DNA of 64,000 nt, from positions 74 to 64,073 of the forward strand of contig CAZDTI010000001.1 of NCBI GenBank assembly GCA_964508085.1, in the 5' to 3' direction. This stretch comes from an uncultured Saprospiraceae bacterium. Lineage in GTDB: Bacteria; Bacteroidota; Bacteroidia; Chitinophagales; Saprospiraceae. The notes beneath the pieces were generated by a model that did not search any database, was not told the DNA's origin, and saw nothing but the letters and a program-made list of their open reading frames with translations. A program made the position numbers and the translations under genes. Positions 18,483-30,000 of this stretch are shown in pieces; the stretch's first letter is position 1, and the number at the start of each line of letters is the position of its first letter.

Positions 18483-19835
18483 TTAATTCAACTTCTCATA
18501 CCAATTTCTACACTTATGGTACACCTGGGTTTCAATTACCTGACGAAATTTCAAAGGGTTAAACTGCTGGCCAGCGCTATTTATCTGTTCCTTAAAGTTT
18601 GTATTTACTTCAGTTAGGAAAGAACGGTACTGATCTGGATATTCTTCTTTAAAATACTCCAAGTTAAATGGTTGTAGTTTATTCGCAAATTGATGTACCT
18701 CTACGCTTTTTAGATGAACCTTTGCTTTTACAGTGGCCATTGTTCCTTTTTTATTGTCTTCCCGCTGCATTAATTCTTCTTCATTCATCGCTTTCTTACG
18801 GTTTAGAATATGTTCCATCATACGGGCATGAAGCTGATTTTCTGTCAACCGACCTTTTTTCCACCAACTTACAAAAGCACCCGCTGGCTTATCCGCATTG
18901 GTTTTATCCATAAAAAACTTCCAAATGGCTTTCATATATAGGTCCTCATAGCCACGCAATGGCTCATAAGTTAGTTTTTCGTGCCCTAATACTTGATCAA
19001 CGATGAATCGTTTGTTCACTCCTTTTTCAGAAAGGAACCGATAAGCGTGATATTGAGCCCAACTCAGCTGCTCTTTAAGATCTCCTCCCGAAGCAGACTT
19101 TAAGAATGATTTTTTCTTATTGTAGGTATTATCCACCTGTGACAATATTTTGATTCGATCGGGAGAGTGCTTTGGCTCGTTTTCATAAATATAAAATTTT
19201 AAGCTCAAAATACGTTTCCCCGCCTTCTTAGCAGGCACAAAATCGAAGCGAATATCTGTGAATTTCTTGATTTCTCTTTGCGAAGGAATCAAGACCCAAC
19301 GTTTAAATTCGTAATACTTAGGGTATCGTTCTTCTATTCCAAGGTAGAATTTGAGTTTATCCACCGTAATTTCACATTCTCCCTTGAATTGATAGCGTTT
19401 CAAAACCTCATATAATCGAACCGCATTAGCATTGAGATAGACAATATTGCTAATATTGTACTTTGTAAAATGCTCTTTGAGTTGGAGTAAATATTCTCGC
19501 AACCGCTGAGAGAGACTAAAGGTAAATATATCAGTGTCTGTGTCGTGTTCCATATGTTGGAGCCAAACCGATTTTCCAATGATACTCCCTTTTTCATAAA
19601 TGATGGGTTCTGAATTTAGCTTATCCATTAGAGAGAAGACCTCTGATTTATTGGCAATACGCCGTTTCCCATCAAAGTTGATGATCTTTTCTATTTCAGA
19701 ATAATGCATCTTGTGCTCTTGAAGATCTTTATGATTTTGAGAAATCTCAGAAATGAGGTGGAGTACAAAGAATTGCTCACGTGCACTCAGTTTATAACTG
19801 GTTTCAATGAGCTTATTATGTTTGATTATAGCCAT
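18483..19835 (-). CDS. plasmid replication initiator protein (Rep_3/RepB-like)
   Basis: N-terminus MAIIKHNKLIETSYKLSAREQFFVLHLISEI... is typical of iteron-binding initiators. It sits directly beside the iteron array. Confidence 0.8.
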   Translation of the reverse strand: MAIIKHNKLIETSYKLSAREQFFVLHLISEISQNHKDLQEHKMHYSEIEKIINFDGKRRIANKSEVFSLMDKLNSEPIIYEKGSIIGKSVWLQHMEHDTDTDIFTFSLSQRLREYLLQLKEHFTKYNISNIVYLNANAVRLYEVLKRYQFKGECEITVDKLKFYLGIEERYPKYYEFKRWVLIPSQREIKKFTDIRFDFVPAKKAGKRILSLKFYIYENEPKHSPDRIKILSQVDNTYNKKKSFLKSASGGDLKEQLSWAQYHAYRFLSEKGVNKRFIVDQVLGHEKLTYEPLRGYEDLYMKAIWKFFMDKTNADKPAGAFVSWWKKGRLTENQLHARMMEHILNRKKAMNEEELMQREDNKKGTMATVKAKVHLKSVEVHQFANKLQPFNLEYFKEEYPDQYRSFLTEVNTNFKEQINSAGQQFNPLKFRQVIETQVYHKCRNWYEKLN

Positions 19836-19910
19836 AACTCAGACTTTAGTGTTTCTTCCTATATGTAGGACTTAGACAAAATTTGAACTATTAACTACGC
19901 TCTATCTTAT

Positions 19911-19968
19911 AAAAGCGTAGTAACTGTTGCAATAATACAAACTTATGCAAAAAGCGTAGAGAGTCTAT
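19911..19968. promoter_or_regulatory. reverse-oriented partial iterons in the rep promoter region (candidate autorepression operator)
   Basis: AAAAGCGTAGTAACTG (19911-19926) and AAAAGCGTAGAGAGTCTAT (19950-19968) are reverse complements of the CTACGCTTTT half of the iteron. They lie 75-135 bp upstream of the rep ATG. Confidence 0.45.
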
Positions 19969-20020
19969 GTTTATAATAACGCTTTTACTAACAAGTAACT
20001 CACAGTTTTCCGCTTTTTCC

Positions 20021-20409
20021 GATGTAACTCTACGCTTTAAAGAGTGTGATCGAAGAATAATATGATGTATTCCTACGCTTATTGATGTATTTCTACGCTT
20101 TTCATAACTTGAAAATATAGAATCCTTTGATTTATATGGGTATTCAGCTCTTAAAGGATGTAGATCTACGTTTATTGATGTATTTCTACGCTTTAAGATG
20201 TTGCTCTACGTTATTCGATGTAAACCTACGCTTTTAGTATGCTCTTGATGTAACTCTACGTCGATTGATGCTATACTACGTCTTTTGATGAAACTCTACG
20301 CTTATATAATGTAGTCCTACGCTTTATTGATGTAGTTCTACTTTTTAGGGAAATGTGGTTCTACTCTTTATTGCAGTATCTCTACGCTTTTATGAAGTAG
20401 AACTACGCC
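20021..20409 (+). repeat. oriV iteron array: about 15 direct repeats, consensus (T)GATGTAnnTCTACGCTTT
   Basis: Copies start near 20021, 20064, 20084, 20157, 20177, 20197, 20217, 20247, 20267, 20287, 20308, 20329, 20352, 20372 and 20393. Most are spaced 20-23 bp apart. Confidence 0.85.
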
Positions 20410-20610
20410 TTAATAGTTGTAATAGGTTGATTATTAGTACTTTAATAGCTCCCTAAATGTATAAATGTTAAAGAACTTAGGTATAAATTAAAAAACCTAG
20501 GAAAGAAAAAGGTGTTTTTTAATACCAAGTATTTGTTGATTTAGGTCATTTTTTGGAAAGAAAAAAGTTGCGACAAAAAAGAAAAGAGAAATAAAGGTAG
20601 CTTTGAGACC
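20410..20610. other. A/T-rich tract next to the iterons (candidate DNA-unwinding element)
   Basis: Runs such as GGAAAGAAAAAGG, GGAAAGAAAAAAG and CAAAAAAGAAAAGAGAAATAAAGG. No ORF. Confidence 0.4.
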
Positions 20611-20617
20611 GACAATT

Positions 20618-20730
20618 GATGTAACTCTACGTAGAAGAAAATGCTTTAGGCCATAGTCGAAATTTAAACTTGATGTAACTCTACGCTTTAAAAGAGATGA
20701 AGTGCGTACTTATAGCGTAGAGTTACATCA
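20618..20730. repeat. three additional iterons, including an inverted pair
   Basis: GATGTAACTCTACGTAG at 20618. GATGTAACTCTACGCTTT at 20672-20689 faces AGCGTAGAGTTACATCA at 20714-20730. Confidence 0.6.
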
Positions 20731-20833
20731 ACAGGACGCTTTAACGACGTCAACTTCTTGTTTACTTAGTTTTTATTAAAAGTGCAAGAGTAGGAAATTA
20801 ATAGCTAGAAAGTAATAGTTACAATCTTAGAAT

Positions 20834-21238
20834 ATGCAAAACTTTATAAAAGCAATATTTACGATACTACTGATTTACATTATTGCAATAATCATAAATC
20901 CAAGTCTTGCTCCAGATTTTATCCCTGAAATAGATAGTAGATATGAGGTAGACGGTTGGATTTTTTTCAGTGAAGATAAAGTCGGTCATTTCTTTTTAAT
21001 TGGTTTAGCTGCATTAATGCTAAACTTCCTGCTTCAAGCAAAGCGAGTAAAGATTTTTAATGTTCCTTTCTTATTAGGGTCCATTATAGTGGCTGTTCTT
21101 GTAACCCTCGAAGAATTCCGACAGGTTCCATTAACCAATAGAAGCTTTGAAATGTTAGACATCTTTTACAACTTTGCAGGCATTTTCGTATTTGGAAGAG
21201 TTGGAGCTTGGTTAGCTCTTAGGTTTGACTCCAACTAA
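20834..21238 (+). CDS. small integral membrane protein, VanZ-like
   Basis: 134 aa with four predicted TM segments. DKVGHFFLIGLAALML and DIFYNFAGIFVFG resemble VanZ family motifs. Confidence 0.4.
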   Translation: MQNFIKAIFTILLIYIIAIIINPSLAPDFIPEIDSRYEVDGWIFFSEDKVGHFFLIGLAALMLNFLLQAKRVKIFNVPFLLGSIIVAVLVTLEEFRQVPLTNRSFEMLDIFYNFAGIFVFGRVGAWLALRFDSN

Positions 21239-21360
21239 CGGACTTTAATTTGAGGTCGGCGCTCGGTCTTTGGCAAACTGTATCTTTTTTTATGAAATTA
21301 AGTCTAATGACAAGAAGCTAGACAAATACCATTTCAAAACCCAGAGGCACTTTAGAAATC

Positions 21361-23151
21361 ATGACGAATAGATTTATCCTAGTTTTCTTTTTTTTGACAT
21401 TCCCCATCTTCCTTTTTTCGCAAGGAGTTGGTGTACCACTACAATCAGATAGTTACCATATAATAGATCGCTTAGAAATAAAAACTGGACTGCTCAACCC
21501 GAGTTATAGTTCTATCAAGCCCTATCGAAGAGGGGATATAACCAAATATGCAATGGATATAGATAGTAGTGTCTTAGCTATAAGTTCTAAAGATCAAAAT
21601 GACCTCTATTATATTTTTAAAGACAATAATGATTTTGTACCAGATGTCCCCGAAGATAAGAAGATAGGGGAGGAGTTAAATAAAGTCTATGTAGACAGCT
21701 CTAAGACTTTCTATACGTTACAAAAAAATGCAGAAAAGCATAGTCGTGGTTATTACTTTGAAACGGAAAAGCCAATTCTAAAATATTTCTATCGAACTCC
21801 AGGTAATGCTTTTGAGTTTAATAAAAAAGCATTCTATTTTAAAGTGAACCCCTTATTAAGAGGAACAGTTGGTTTTGACCAAAATGAAGAAGATTTTTTA
21901 TTTGATAATGTACGAGGGGTTGCTGTACGAGGGGGAGTTGATAAAAAAGTTTTTTTCTATACGGAGGTTCAGGAAAGTCAATCTCGATTTCTGACTTATG
22001 TCAATCAACGAATAGAAAGAGATGCAGCGGTTCCTGGTGCAAGTTTGTATAAAGTTTATGACAGTTCTGTCATTGACTCAAAAGGAGCTTATGATTATTT
22101 GAATGCTCAAGGATATTTCGGCTTTAATATCTCCAAACATGTTGGAGTTCAATTAGGACATGGCGCAAACTTTATAGGAAATGGGTATCGATCTTTATTC
22201 CTTTCCGATTTTGCTGCCAATTATTTTTACCTAAAATTAAACACTCGAGTTTGGCGATTCCATTTGCAGAATATCTTTGCAGAATTAAATGCAGCGAGTG
22301 GCCGCGATGGTCAAGGGGATAATCTGATTCCTAAAAAGTATTTTGCTGCTCATTACCTGAATGCTCGAATTACCAAAAATCTCCAAATCGGATTATTTGA
22401 GTCAGTTGTCTTCAGTCGGCAAAATCACTTTGAACTTCAATATCTTAATCCTGTTATACTTTATCGAAGTGTAGAACATTTGATTGGCAGTCCCGATAAT
22501 GTCTTAATTGGAATGGACTTTAAATGGAATATATTTAATCGATTCCAATTATATGGTCAGATGGTTTTTGATGAATTCAAATTTGATGAATTGATTTTAG
22601 AACGGAATGGATGGTGGGCTAATAAATATGGTATTCAGGCAGGACTAAAATACATCGACGTTTTCGGAATTGATCACTTAGATGGGCAATTGGAATACAA
22701 TACGGTAAGGCCATATACATACACTCACAGGGATAGCCTAGCAAATTATAGTCATTATAATCAGCCATTGGCGCATCCTTTAGGCGCTAATTTTCGAGAA
22801 GTGATTGCTAAGCTTCGATATCAAGTGACTAAGAAATTGATGGTGGAAGGCCGACTAATTAATATGCAATACGGTATTGATACAGATTCGACTAACTGGG
22901 GAAGTAACATATTATTAAACAACAATAGTCGCGAACAGGAATATGATAATAAAACAACCCAAGGAATAAAAACCACAACTCAAATTATTGGTCTTGATAT
23001 TAGTTATCAAGTTTTTCATAATATGTATATTGATTTAAATTACTTTTACAGAAATCAAAATAGCGAAGACGATCGTTTTGATTTGAAGAACAACTATATT
23101 GGCGGCGGAATTCGGGTTAACTTGAATAGGAGCAGGAAAGGAGAATTTTAA
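21361..23151 (+). CDS. outer-membrane beta-barrel protein (Wzi/RemB-like, tentative)
   Basis: Signal peptide MTNRFILVFFFLTFPIFLFSQ. N-terminal SYHIIDRLEIKTG motif. Long alternating-strand C-terminal region. Confidence 0.45.
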   Translation: MTNRFILVFFFLTFPIFLFSQGVGVPLQSDSYHIIDRLEIKTGLLNPSYSSIKPYRRGDITKYAMDIDSSVLAISSKDQNDLYYIFKDNNDFVPDVPEDKKIGEELNKVYVDSSKTFYTLQKNAEKHSRGYYFETEKPILKYFYRTPGNAFEFNKKAFYFKVNPLLRGTVGFDQNEEDFLFDNVRGVAVRGGVDKKVFFYTEVQESQSRFLTYVNQRIERDAAVPGASLYKVYDSSVIDSKGAYDYLNAQGYFGFNISKHVGVQLGHGANFIGNGYRSLFLSDFAANYFYLKLNTRVWRFHLQNIFAELNAASGRDGQGDNLIPKKYFAAHYLNARITKNLQIGLFESVVFSRQNHFELQYLNPVILYRSVEHLIGSPDNVLIGMDFKWNIFNRFQLYGQMVFDEFKFDELILERNGWWANKYGIQAGLKYIDVFGIDHLDGQLEYNTVRPYTYTHRDSLANYSHYNQPLAHPLGANFREVIAKLRYQVTKKLMVEGRLINMQYGIDTDSTNWGSNILLNNNSREQEYDNKTTQGIKTTTQIIGLDISYQVFHNMYIDLNYFYRNQNSEDDRFDLKNNYIGGGIRVNLNRSRKGEF

Positions 23152-23246
23152 AAGCGTAGAGATACATCAGGTGTAACTACCAAGGATAAAATATTTTTTT
23201 GCTGTTGCGTGACAGTCAGCATCAGAACTAAAATAAATGATTAAGA

Positions 23247-26200
23247 ATGACAACTACAAAAGATTTAGCAGCAATATTACATGAGGTAATAAAGGATCGA
23301 ATTCTTGTACTCGATGGGGCAATGGGAACGATGATTCAAGAATACGGTCTCCAAGAAAAAGACTTCCGGTCTGAACGATTTGCAGACCACCCCTGCGACG
23401 TACAAGGAAATAATGATCTGCTATCAATCACTCAACCACATGTCATCGAAGCAATCCACAAAGCTTACCTTGATGCAGGGGCTGATATTATAGAAACCAA
23501 TACTTTTAGTTCAACTTCAATCGCGCAGGCCGATTATCAGATGGAGTACCTGGCCTATGAAATGAATAAGGCCTCCGCTGAAGTCGCCAAAAAAGCGGCA
23601 TTAGAATACACAGAGAAAACCCCAGACAAACCTCGATTCGTAGCTGGAGCTCTTGGACCAACCAACAGAACGGCCTCCCTATCTCCTGATGTAAATGACC
23701 CCGGTTATCGAGCGGTAACCTTTGACGAATTGGTTGATGCCTATTATGAGCAAACTAAAGGACTGGTAGATGGTGGTTCCGACATATTATTGGTTGAGAC
23801 CATTTTCGATACCCTTAATTGTAAGGCTGCACTTTTTGCCATTGACAAACTCTTTGATGAATATCAAATGAAGTTACCCATTATGATTTCCGGAACGATC
23901 ACGGATGCTTCTGGCCGAACCTTGTCAGGACAAACGGTAGAAGCTTTTTGGATTTCGGTAAGTCATATGAATCTGTTTTCTGTTGGCTTGAATTGCGCTT
24001 TAGGTGCTAAAGAAATGAGACCACACATTGTGGCTTTGTCAAAAATATCTGATTGTTATATCAGTGCTTATCCAAATGCCGGATTGCCAAATGAGTTCGG
24101 AGAATATGATCAGACACCGGAGGAGATGCAAGAATTTATCCGTGATTTTGCTAGTAATGGTTTTGTAAATATCATTGGAGGTTGTTGCGGAACGACACCT
24201 GACCATATTAATGCAATGGCAGTTGGTGTGAGAGACGTAGCTCCAAGAAAAATTCCGGAGCAGGAAATGCTGAGTCAGTTCTCTGGATTGGAGCCATTGA
24301 TTATGAGAAAAGATCTGAACTTCATAAATATTGGCGAGCGAACGAATGTAACCGGTTCAAAGAAATTTGCCCGACTCATTAAAAATGGTGATTTAGCGGA
24401 AGCCCTTTCTGTTGCCCAACAACAGGTAGATGGTGGCGCTCAAATTATTGACGTCAACATGGATGAAGGTTTGCTCGATTCGGAAAAGGCCATGGTTGAT
24501 TTTCTGAATTTGGTAATGGCAGAACCAGACATTGCCAAACTACCGATCATGATTGATTCTTCTAAGTTCAATGTCATCGAAGCGGGACTTAAATGTGTGC
24601 AAGGTAAATGTATTGTTAACTCCATTTCCATGAAAGAAGGAGTGGAGGAATTTAAACGTCAGGCGAAAATAGTCAGACGTTATGGTGCTGCTGCGGTCGT
24701 AATGGCCTTTGATGAAGTAGGCCAAGCGGATACCATTTCCAGAAAGGTAGAAATCTGTGAACGTGCGTATAAGATTCTAGTAGAGGAAGTAGGTTTCAAG
24801 CCTACCGACATCATTTTTGATCCTAATATTTTTGCAGTAGCTACCGGTATCGAAGAGCACAATGAATACGCAATTAATTTCATTGAAGCCACTCGACAAA
24901 TAAAGGAGAAATGTCCTGGAGCAAAAGTGAGTGGGGGAGTAAGTAACATCTCTTTCTCTTTCCGTGGTAATAATAATGTCCGCGAAGCCATGCATTCCGC
25001 CTTCCTCTATCACGCTATCAAAGCGGGAATGGATATGGGAATTGTGAATGCAGGAATGATGGAGATTTACGAAAATATACCAAAAGAGCTTTTAGTGTTG
25101 GTTGAAGATGTATTGTTTAATAGAACAAAAAATGCGACTGAAGCCTTGACGGATTATGCGCAACGCGTAAAAGATGGTGGACGTGTTTTGGTAAAAGATA
25201 TGTCTTGGAGAGAAGGAACGGTAGAAGAGCGTTTGTCTCATGCTTTGGTAAAAGGAATAACGGAATTCATCGATATAGATACTGAGGAGGCACGACTGAA
25301 ATATCCACGACCTTTACACGTAATCGAAGGCCCTTTGATGGATGGGATGAACATTGTAGGCGACTTGTTTGGAGAAGGAAAAATGTTCTTACCACAGGTA
25401 GTAAAATCTGCCCGTGTAATGAAAAAGTCCGTTGCCATTCTAACACCATATATAGAAGCAGAAAAGAAGAAAGGAGGAGATACTTCTACTAAAGGAAAAA
25501 TATTGATGGCTACCGTAAAAGGAGATGTACACGATATTGGTAAAAATATAGTTGGAGTAGTGCTCGGTTGTAATAATTATGATATTGTAGACATTGGGGT
25601 GATGGTACCTTGTAGCCAGATTTTGAAAGTAGCCCGACAAGAAAAAGTAGATGTAATTGGATTAAGTGGCTTAATTACGCCTTCACTCGATGAAATGGTT
25701 TATGTAGCCAAAGAGATGGAAAGAGAAGGGTTTAATATTCCATTATTAATTGGAGGAGCGACGACTTCTAAAACTCACACTGCTGTGAAAATTGAGCAGC
25801 AGTATTCCGGTCCGGTGGTTCATGTATTGGATGCCTCTAAATCGGTAGCCGTTGTAAGTACATTGTTAAGCAAGGAAGAAGGTGTTAAGGATACATTTGT
25901 AAAAAGCTTGGATGAAGAGTATGATCGGGTACGGGTCTTGCGTGGAAATAGAAAATCGTCTAAGAAGTATTTGACAATTGAAAAGGCCCGGGAAAACAAA
26001 CTGAAATTAGACTGGGCAAATTATGAGCCAGTCAAGCCAAAATTTGTAGGAACAAAAAGCTTTTTCGATTATGACTTAGAAGAGCTGAGTGATTACATTG
26101 ACTGGACACCATTTTTTGCTACCTGGCAGCTCCGAGGAAAATATCCAGCGATTCTCGAGGACGAAGTAGTAGGGGAGGAGTGTAAAAAATTGTTCCATGA

Positions 26201-26945
26201 TGCACAAAGTATGCTTCGGCAAATCATAGATGAAAAGTGGCTAACGGCCAAAGGCGTCTTTGGAATCTTCCCAGCAAACAGTGTTATGGATGATGACATC
26301 GAAGTTTATACCGACGAATCTCGCGAGGGCGTTGATGTCGTTCTACGCAATTTGCGACAGCAACGAAAGAAAGCACCTGGCCAACCGAATTATTCACTGA
26401 CTGATTTCATAGCGCCGAAAGAAAGTGGTGTACAAGATTATGTTGGTGGCTTCGCAGTTACTACAGGTCTTGGAATTGAGAAACATGTCAAAAGGTTCGA
26501 GGAAGATAACGACGATTACAATGCTATTTTACTCAAGGCTTTAGCGGATCGTTTAGCAGAAGCTTTTGCAGAAAGGATGCATGAAAGAGTGCGAAAAGAA
26601 TTCTGGGGCTATGCTTCTGAAGAAAACTTGGATAATGAAGGTATGATTGCAGAAAAGTATAAGGGCATTCGTCCTGCACCGGGTTATCCAGCTTGTCCAG
26701 AACATACGGAAAAGGAGTCCTTGTTTAAACTATTGGATGCAGAGGCTTTGACGGATATTACCTTGACGGAGAGTTATGCGATGTATCCGGCGGCGGCTGT
26801 TAGTGGTTGGTATTTTGCGCATCCGGAGTCTAAGTACTTTGGATTGGGGAATATTAATAAGGACCAGTTGGAGAGTTATGCGGAACGGAAGGGGATGTCG
26901 GTGGAGGATGCGGAACGGTGGTTGCAATCGGTATTGAATGAGTAA
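23247..26945 (+). CDS. metH: cobalamin-dependent methionine synthase
   Basis: 1232 aa with all modules. Hcy-binding domain (GGCCGT). Pterin-binding domain. B12-binding DxHxxG in [14 protein letters not shown]-terminal AdoMet reactivation domain ([12 protein letters not shown]). Confidence 0.95.
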   Translation: MTTTKDLAAILHEVIKDRILVLDGAMGTMIQEYGLQEKDFRSERFADHPCDVQGNNDLLSITQPHVIEAIHKAYLDAGADIIETNTFSSTSIAQADYQMEYLAYEMNKASAEVAKKAALEYTEKTPDKPRFVAGALGPTNRTASLSPDVNDPGYRAVTFDELVDAYYEQTKGLVDGGSDILLVETIFDTLNCKAALFAIDKLFDEYQMKLPIMISGTITDASGRTLSGQTVEAFWISVSHMNLFSVGLNCALGAKEMRPHIVALSKISDCYISAYPNAGLPNEFGEYDQTPEEMQEFIRDFASNGFVNIIGGCCGTTPDHINAMAVGVRDVAPRKIPEQEMLSQFSGLEPLIMRKDLNFINIGERTNVTGSKKFARLIKNGDLAEALSVAQQQVDGGAQIIDVNMDEGLLDSEKAMVDFLNLVMAEPDIAKLPIMIDSSKFNVIEAGLKCVQGKCIVNSISMKEGVEEFKRQAKIVRRYGAAAVVMAFDEVGQADTISRKVEICERAYKILVEEVGFKPTDIIFDPNIFAVATGIEEHNEYAINFIEATRQIKEKCPGAKVSGGVSNISFSFRGNNNVREAMHSAFLYHAIKAGMDMGIVNAGMMEIYENIPKELLVLVEDVLFNRTKNATEALTDYAQRVKDGGRVLVKDMSWREGTVEERLSHALVKGITEFIDIDTEEARLKYPRPLHVIEGPLMDGMNIVGDLFGEGKMFLPQVVKSARVMKKSVAILTPYIEAEKKKGGDTSTKGKILMATVKGDVHDIGKNIVGVVLGCNNYDIVDIGVMVPCSQILKVARQEKVDVIGLSGLITPSLDEMVYVAKEMEREGFNIPLLIGGATTSKTHTAVKIEQQYSGPVVHVLDASKSVAVVSTLLSKEEGVKDTFVKSLDEEYDRVRVLRGNRKSSKKYLTIEKARENKLKLDWANYEPVKPKFVGTKSFFDYDLEELSDYIDWTPFFATWQLRGKYPAILEDEVVGEECKKLFHDAQSMLRQIIDEKWLTAKGVFGIFPANSVMDDDIEVYTDESREGVDVVLRNLRQQRKKAPGQPNYSLTDFIAPKESGVQDYVGGFAVTTGLGIEKHVKRFEEDNDDYNAILLKALADRLAEAFAERMHERVRKEFWGYASEENLDNEGMIAEKYKGIRPAPGYPACPEHTEKESLFKLLDAEALTDITLTESYAMYPAAAVSGWYFAHPESKYFGLGNINKDQLESYAERKGMSVEDAERWLQSVLNE

Positions 26946-27012
26946 TAAAATTAGCCATTTTATATAGCTGGTAATAAATATCGAAAGGTGTATTTTCGGT
27001 AAGAAACTTTAT

Positions 27013-30000
27013 TCATGTTTCAAGCAGGTTTAAAATTTTCTCTTCTACATATTGAGCGAGAGTAGATACCGTAGGAGATTTAAAAACTTGGCTTAAAGGG
27101 ATTTCCATCTCAAATGTTTCGCTGATTCTGGTAGTAATTTGAATAGCCATTAGTGATTCCCCTCCTAGATCAAAGAAGTTGTCATGGATTCCAATTTTAG
27201 AGATGTTAAAAATAGTTTGCCAAATTTCAACTATTAATTCTTCAATTTCTGTTTGAGGAGGAGTATATTCTATTTTCGTTTCAATTGGAAAGGCATGTAA
27301 GGCGCTTAGCGCCTTTCTATTTACTTTTCCGTTTGGAGATAAAGGAAGTTGCTCTAAGTGTCTAAAAAGGGATGGGATCATGTATCTGGGCAATTTTGAA
27401 GCTAAATAAGCTTGTAGCTTCGAAAGAAGTATAACGGAGGGAGAGGTAAAAAAGGCAACTAGGTTCTTAGAACCTAAATTATTGTCTACAGCGAGAACTA
27501 CACAGCTTGTGATGGAAGTGAAGGATACAACGTGCGTTTCAATCTCCCCCAGCTCAATTCGATGCCCGTTTATTTTTACCTGAAAATCAATCCGACCCAA
27601 AAATTCAGTAATCCCTTCTTCATTAATCCTAGCTAAGTCGCCGGTTCTATACATCTTAGTATTTGCCTCAAATGGGTTTGGAATAAATTTTTGATCCGTT
27701 AAATCTGGTTTATTCCAGTAGCCAGCAGCTAAACCAATACCACTTAAATAAAGCTCTCCAATGACTCCTTGAGGAACAGGGATTTGGTGGTCATTTAAGA
27801 TATAGGCATTCATATTATGGATAGGTAGCCCAATAGGAACTGTAGGCGTTTTGATAGTTGGTGTGAACTGATGATAAAGACAGCCTATAGTTGCTTCAGA
27901 AGGGCCGTATTCATCAAACATTAAGAGTTTCCCATTAAAAGCATTATAAACCTCTTGAGCTAAATCTGTATTCAATTCGTCTCCTGTAACAGACATTACT
28001 TTAATTTGGCTTTCCTCAAATGTTTTTCCTTTTAAAAAAATCAAATGAGCGGGAGTCAATTTTACGAAATCAACTTTATTATCTTCTATGACTTCTAATA
28101 TAGATATATCTATTGCCTGATCGACTTCTTGATAGACATGGATAGCTCCCCCCATGATTAAAGGAAGAAAAACAGCATTAGCCGTAATATCGAATCCAAT
28201 TGTTGTAAACAAAGGAATGGCTGGATCTGGACTAGTTATATAAGCCTGCTTTGTCCATTTAATATAACTTGACAATGCTTTATTCGTAATCATAACTCCT
28301 TTTGGATTTCCTGTAGAACCAGAGGTATATATGAGAAAAGCAATAGCGTTTAATGGAATAGACTTCGAGAGGTTTTCAGTAGGATAGTTGCTTAGGGTAG
28401 TTTGGGCTGTATCAATATGTAAAGTATTAATAGGAGACAATTCCATACAATCGGTAAGGCTACTATGGCTAATTAGTAGTTTTGCCTGGCTGTCTTTTAA
28501 TAGGTAGTAAACTCTTTCATTTGGGTAATTACTAGGAATCGGGATGTAAGTAGCTCCGGTTTTTAGAACGGCTAATACACTAATGATGTATTCTGGAGAA
28601 CGTTTTAAACAAATGGCCACTTGTGAACCAAGCCCTATCTCTTTTTCAGATAGATAGTGCGCCAACTGATTGGCCAGTTTGTTTAATTCTTGATAACTTA
28701 TGGATTTTTCTTTGAAAACGATACTAGTCTTCTTTGGGGTCTTTTGAACCTGTGTTTCGATCAGCTCTATTATACTACTTTCCTCTTCAGCAGTATTGTA
28801 TCGGTTCTTATTAAAATCGATAATCGTTTTTTGGAATTCTTGTGGCGTAATTATAGGAATAGCATTAATTGCTGCCTCTTTATCTTCTATGAAAGCATCT
28901 AATAAGGCTAAGAAATGTTTAGGAGCCGCTAACTGTTTTTCTTGGTCAAATACGCCGGTGTTTAAATCAAAGTATAACTGAATATCTCCAGAACGATCAA
29001 AATCATGAACTTGTAAACGCAAGTGGTGTGATGGATCGCAGTGCTCTGGGTGAATCCACTTAGAAGACATTGGAATTCCGTTGAAAGAGGAATAGTCCGC
29101 ATTTATATAATTGAAAAAAACATTAAAGCTACGGCTTAGTTCAGGAGAGGAAGTTCCAGGCTGGGCAAACCTTAAAAAACCATTACTTTCGATTTGGACT
29201 CTTTTTAAAAGAGATAGAAAACTTTCCCCTTGTTCAATTTGTGCAAATAAAGGAAATGTTTCAATGAATAATCCAATGGTCTTTTTGAAATCGTTACTTG
29301 GCCTATTGTGAGCTGGAGAACCCATGACTAAGCTCTCCTGATCACAAATTCTATACAAATACGCAAAAAGTGTAGTTGCAAAAATATTATATAAGGAAAG
29401 GTGTTGAGTCCAAGATCGAATGCCTTTTTCATTGGAGAGTTGACGAAGCTTATCGGATCGTTCTTTCCCTAGTTGTATCGTTATTCGTTTGGAGGCTGTT
29501 GTAGAAGTCTTAAGTTTTTTATTGTAGAGCAGTGGCATTGGAGGGCAGTCTGCCAGTTTATTCTTCCAGTAAGCTTCTGCCTTATTATTTTGAACAGTGT
29601 GCTCAAATAGTATGTAATCTCGGAAAGAGGGTAGAGGAGGTGCGAGGTTTATTTGGTCTTCAATGGAGAGCTTATAAAGTAAGGCTAATTCTTTATAAAT
29701 AACAGAAGTACTCCAGGCATCTGTTGTAAGGTGGTGTTGATTAAAGTACCAGATAAAATCTGTTTCTGATAATCGAATTAGAATACTATCGAATAAACAT
29801 TTTGAAAGGTCAAACATAATTTTTGTTTGATCTTTTACCCAGGATTCGTAGGCAGCCATTGGGGCTACTTCTTTCGAAAAATCTAAAAGAGCAGTTTCAT
29901 ATTCGAGGTTTTCCAATACTTTTTGAATAGGACTTCCATCTCGTACCTCAAATACGGTCCGCAAGGCATCGCTGCGTTCTACTAGTTTTTGAAAAGCATT

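Noticed and set aside
23152-23246. Possible cobalamin or SAM riboswitch upstream of metH
   Set aside because: The gap is only 95 bp and is mostly A/T plus an iteron copy. I could not see a B12-box-like or S-box-like conserved core, and the gap is too short for a cobalamin aptamer.
24440-26927. Multiple 60-103-aa antisense and alternate-frame ORFs within metH
   Set aside because: They are fully nested in a strongly supported 1232-aa gene and have no motifs. Such ORFs are typical chance open frames.
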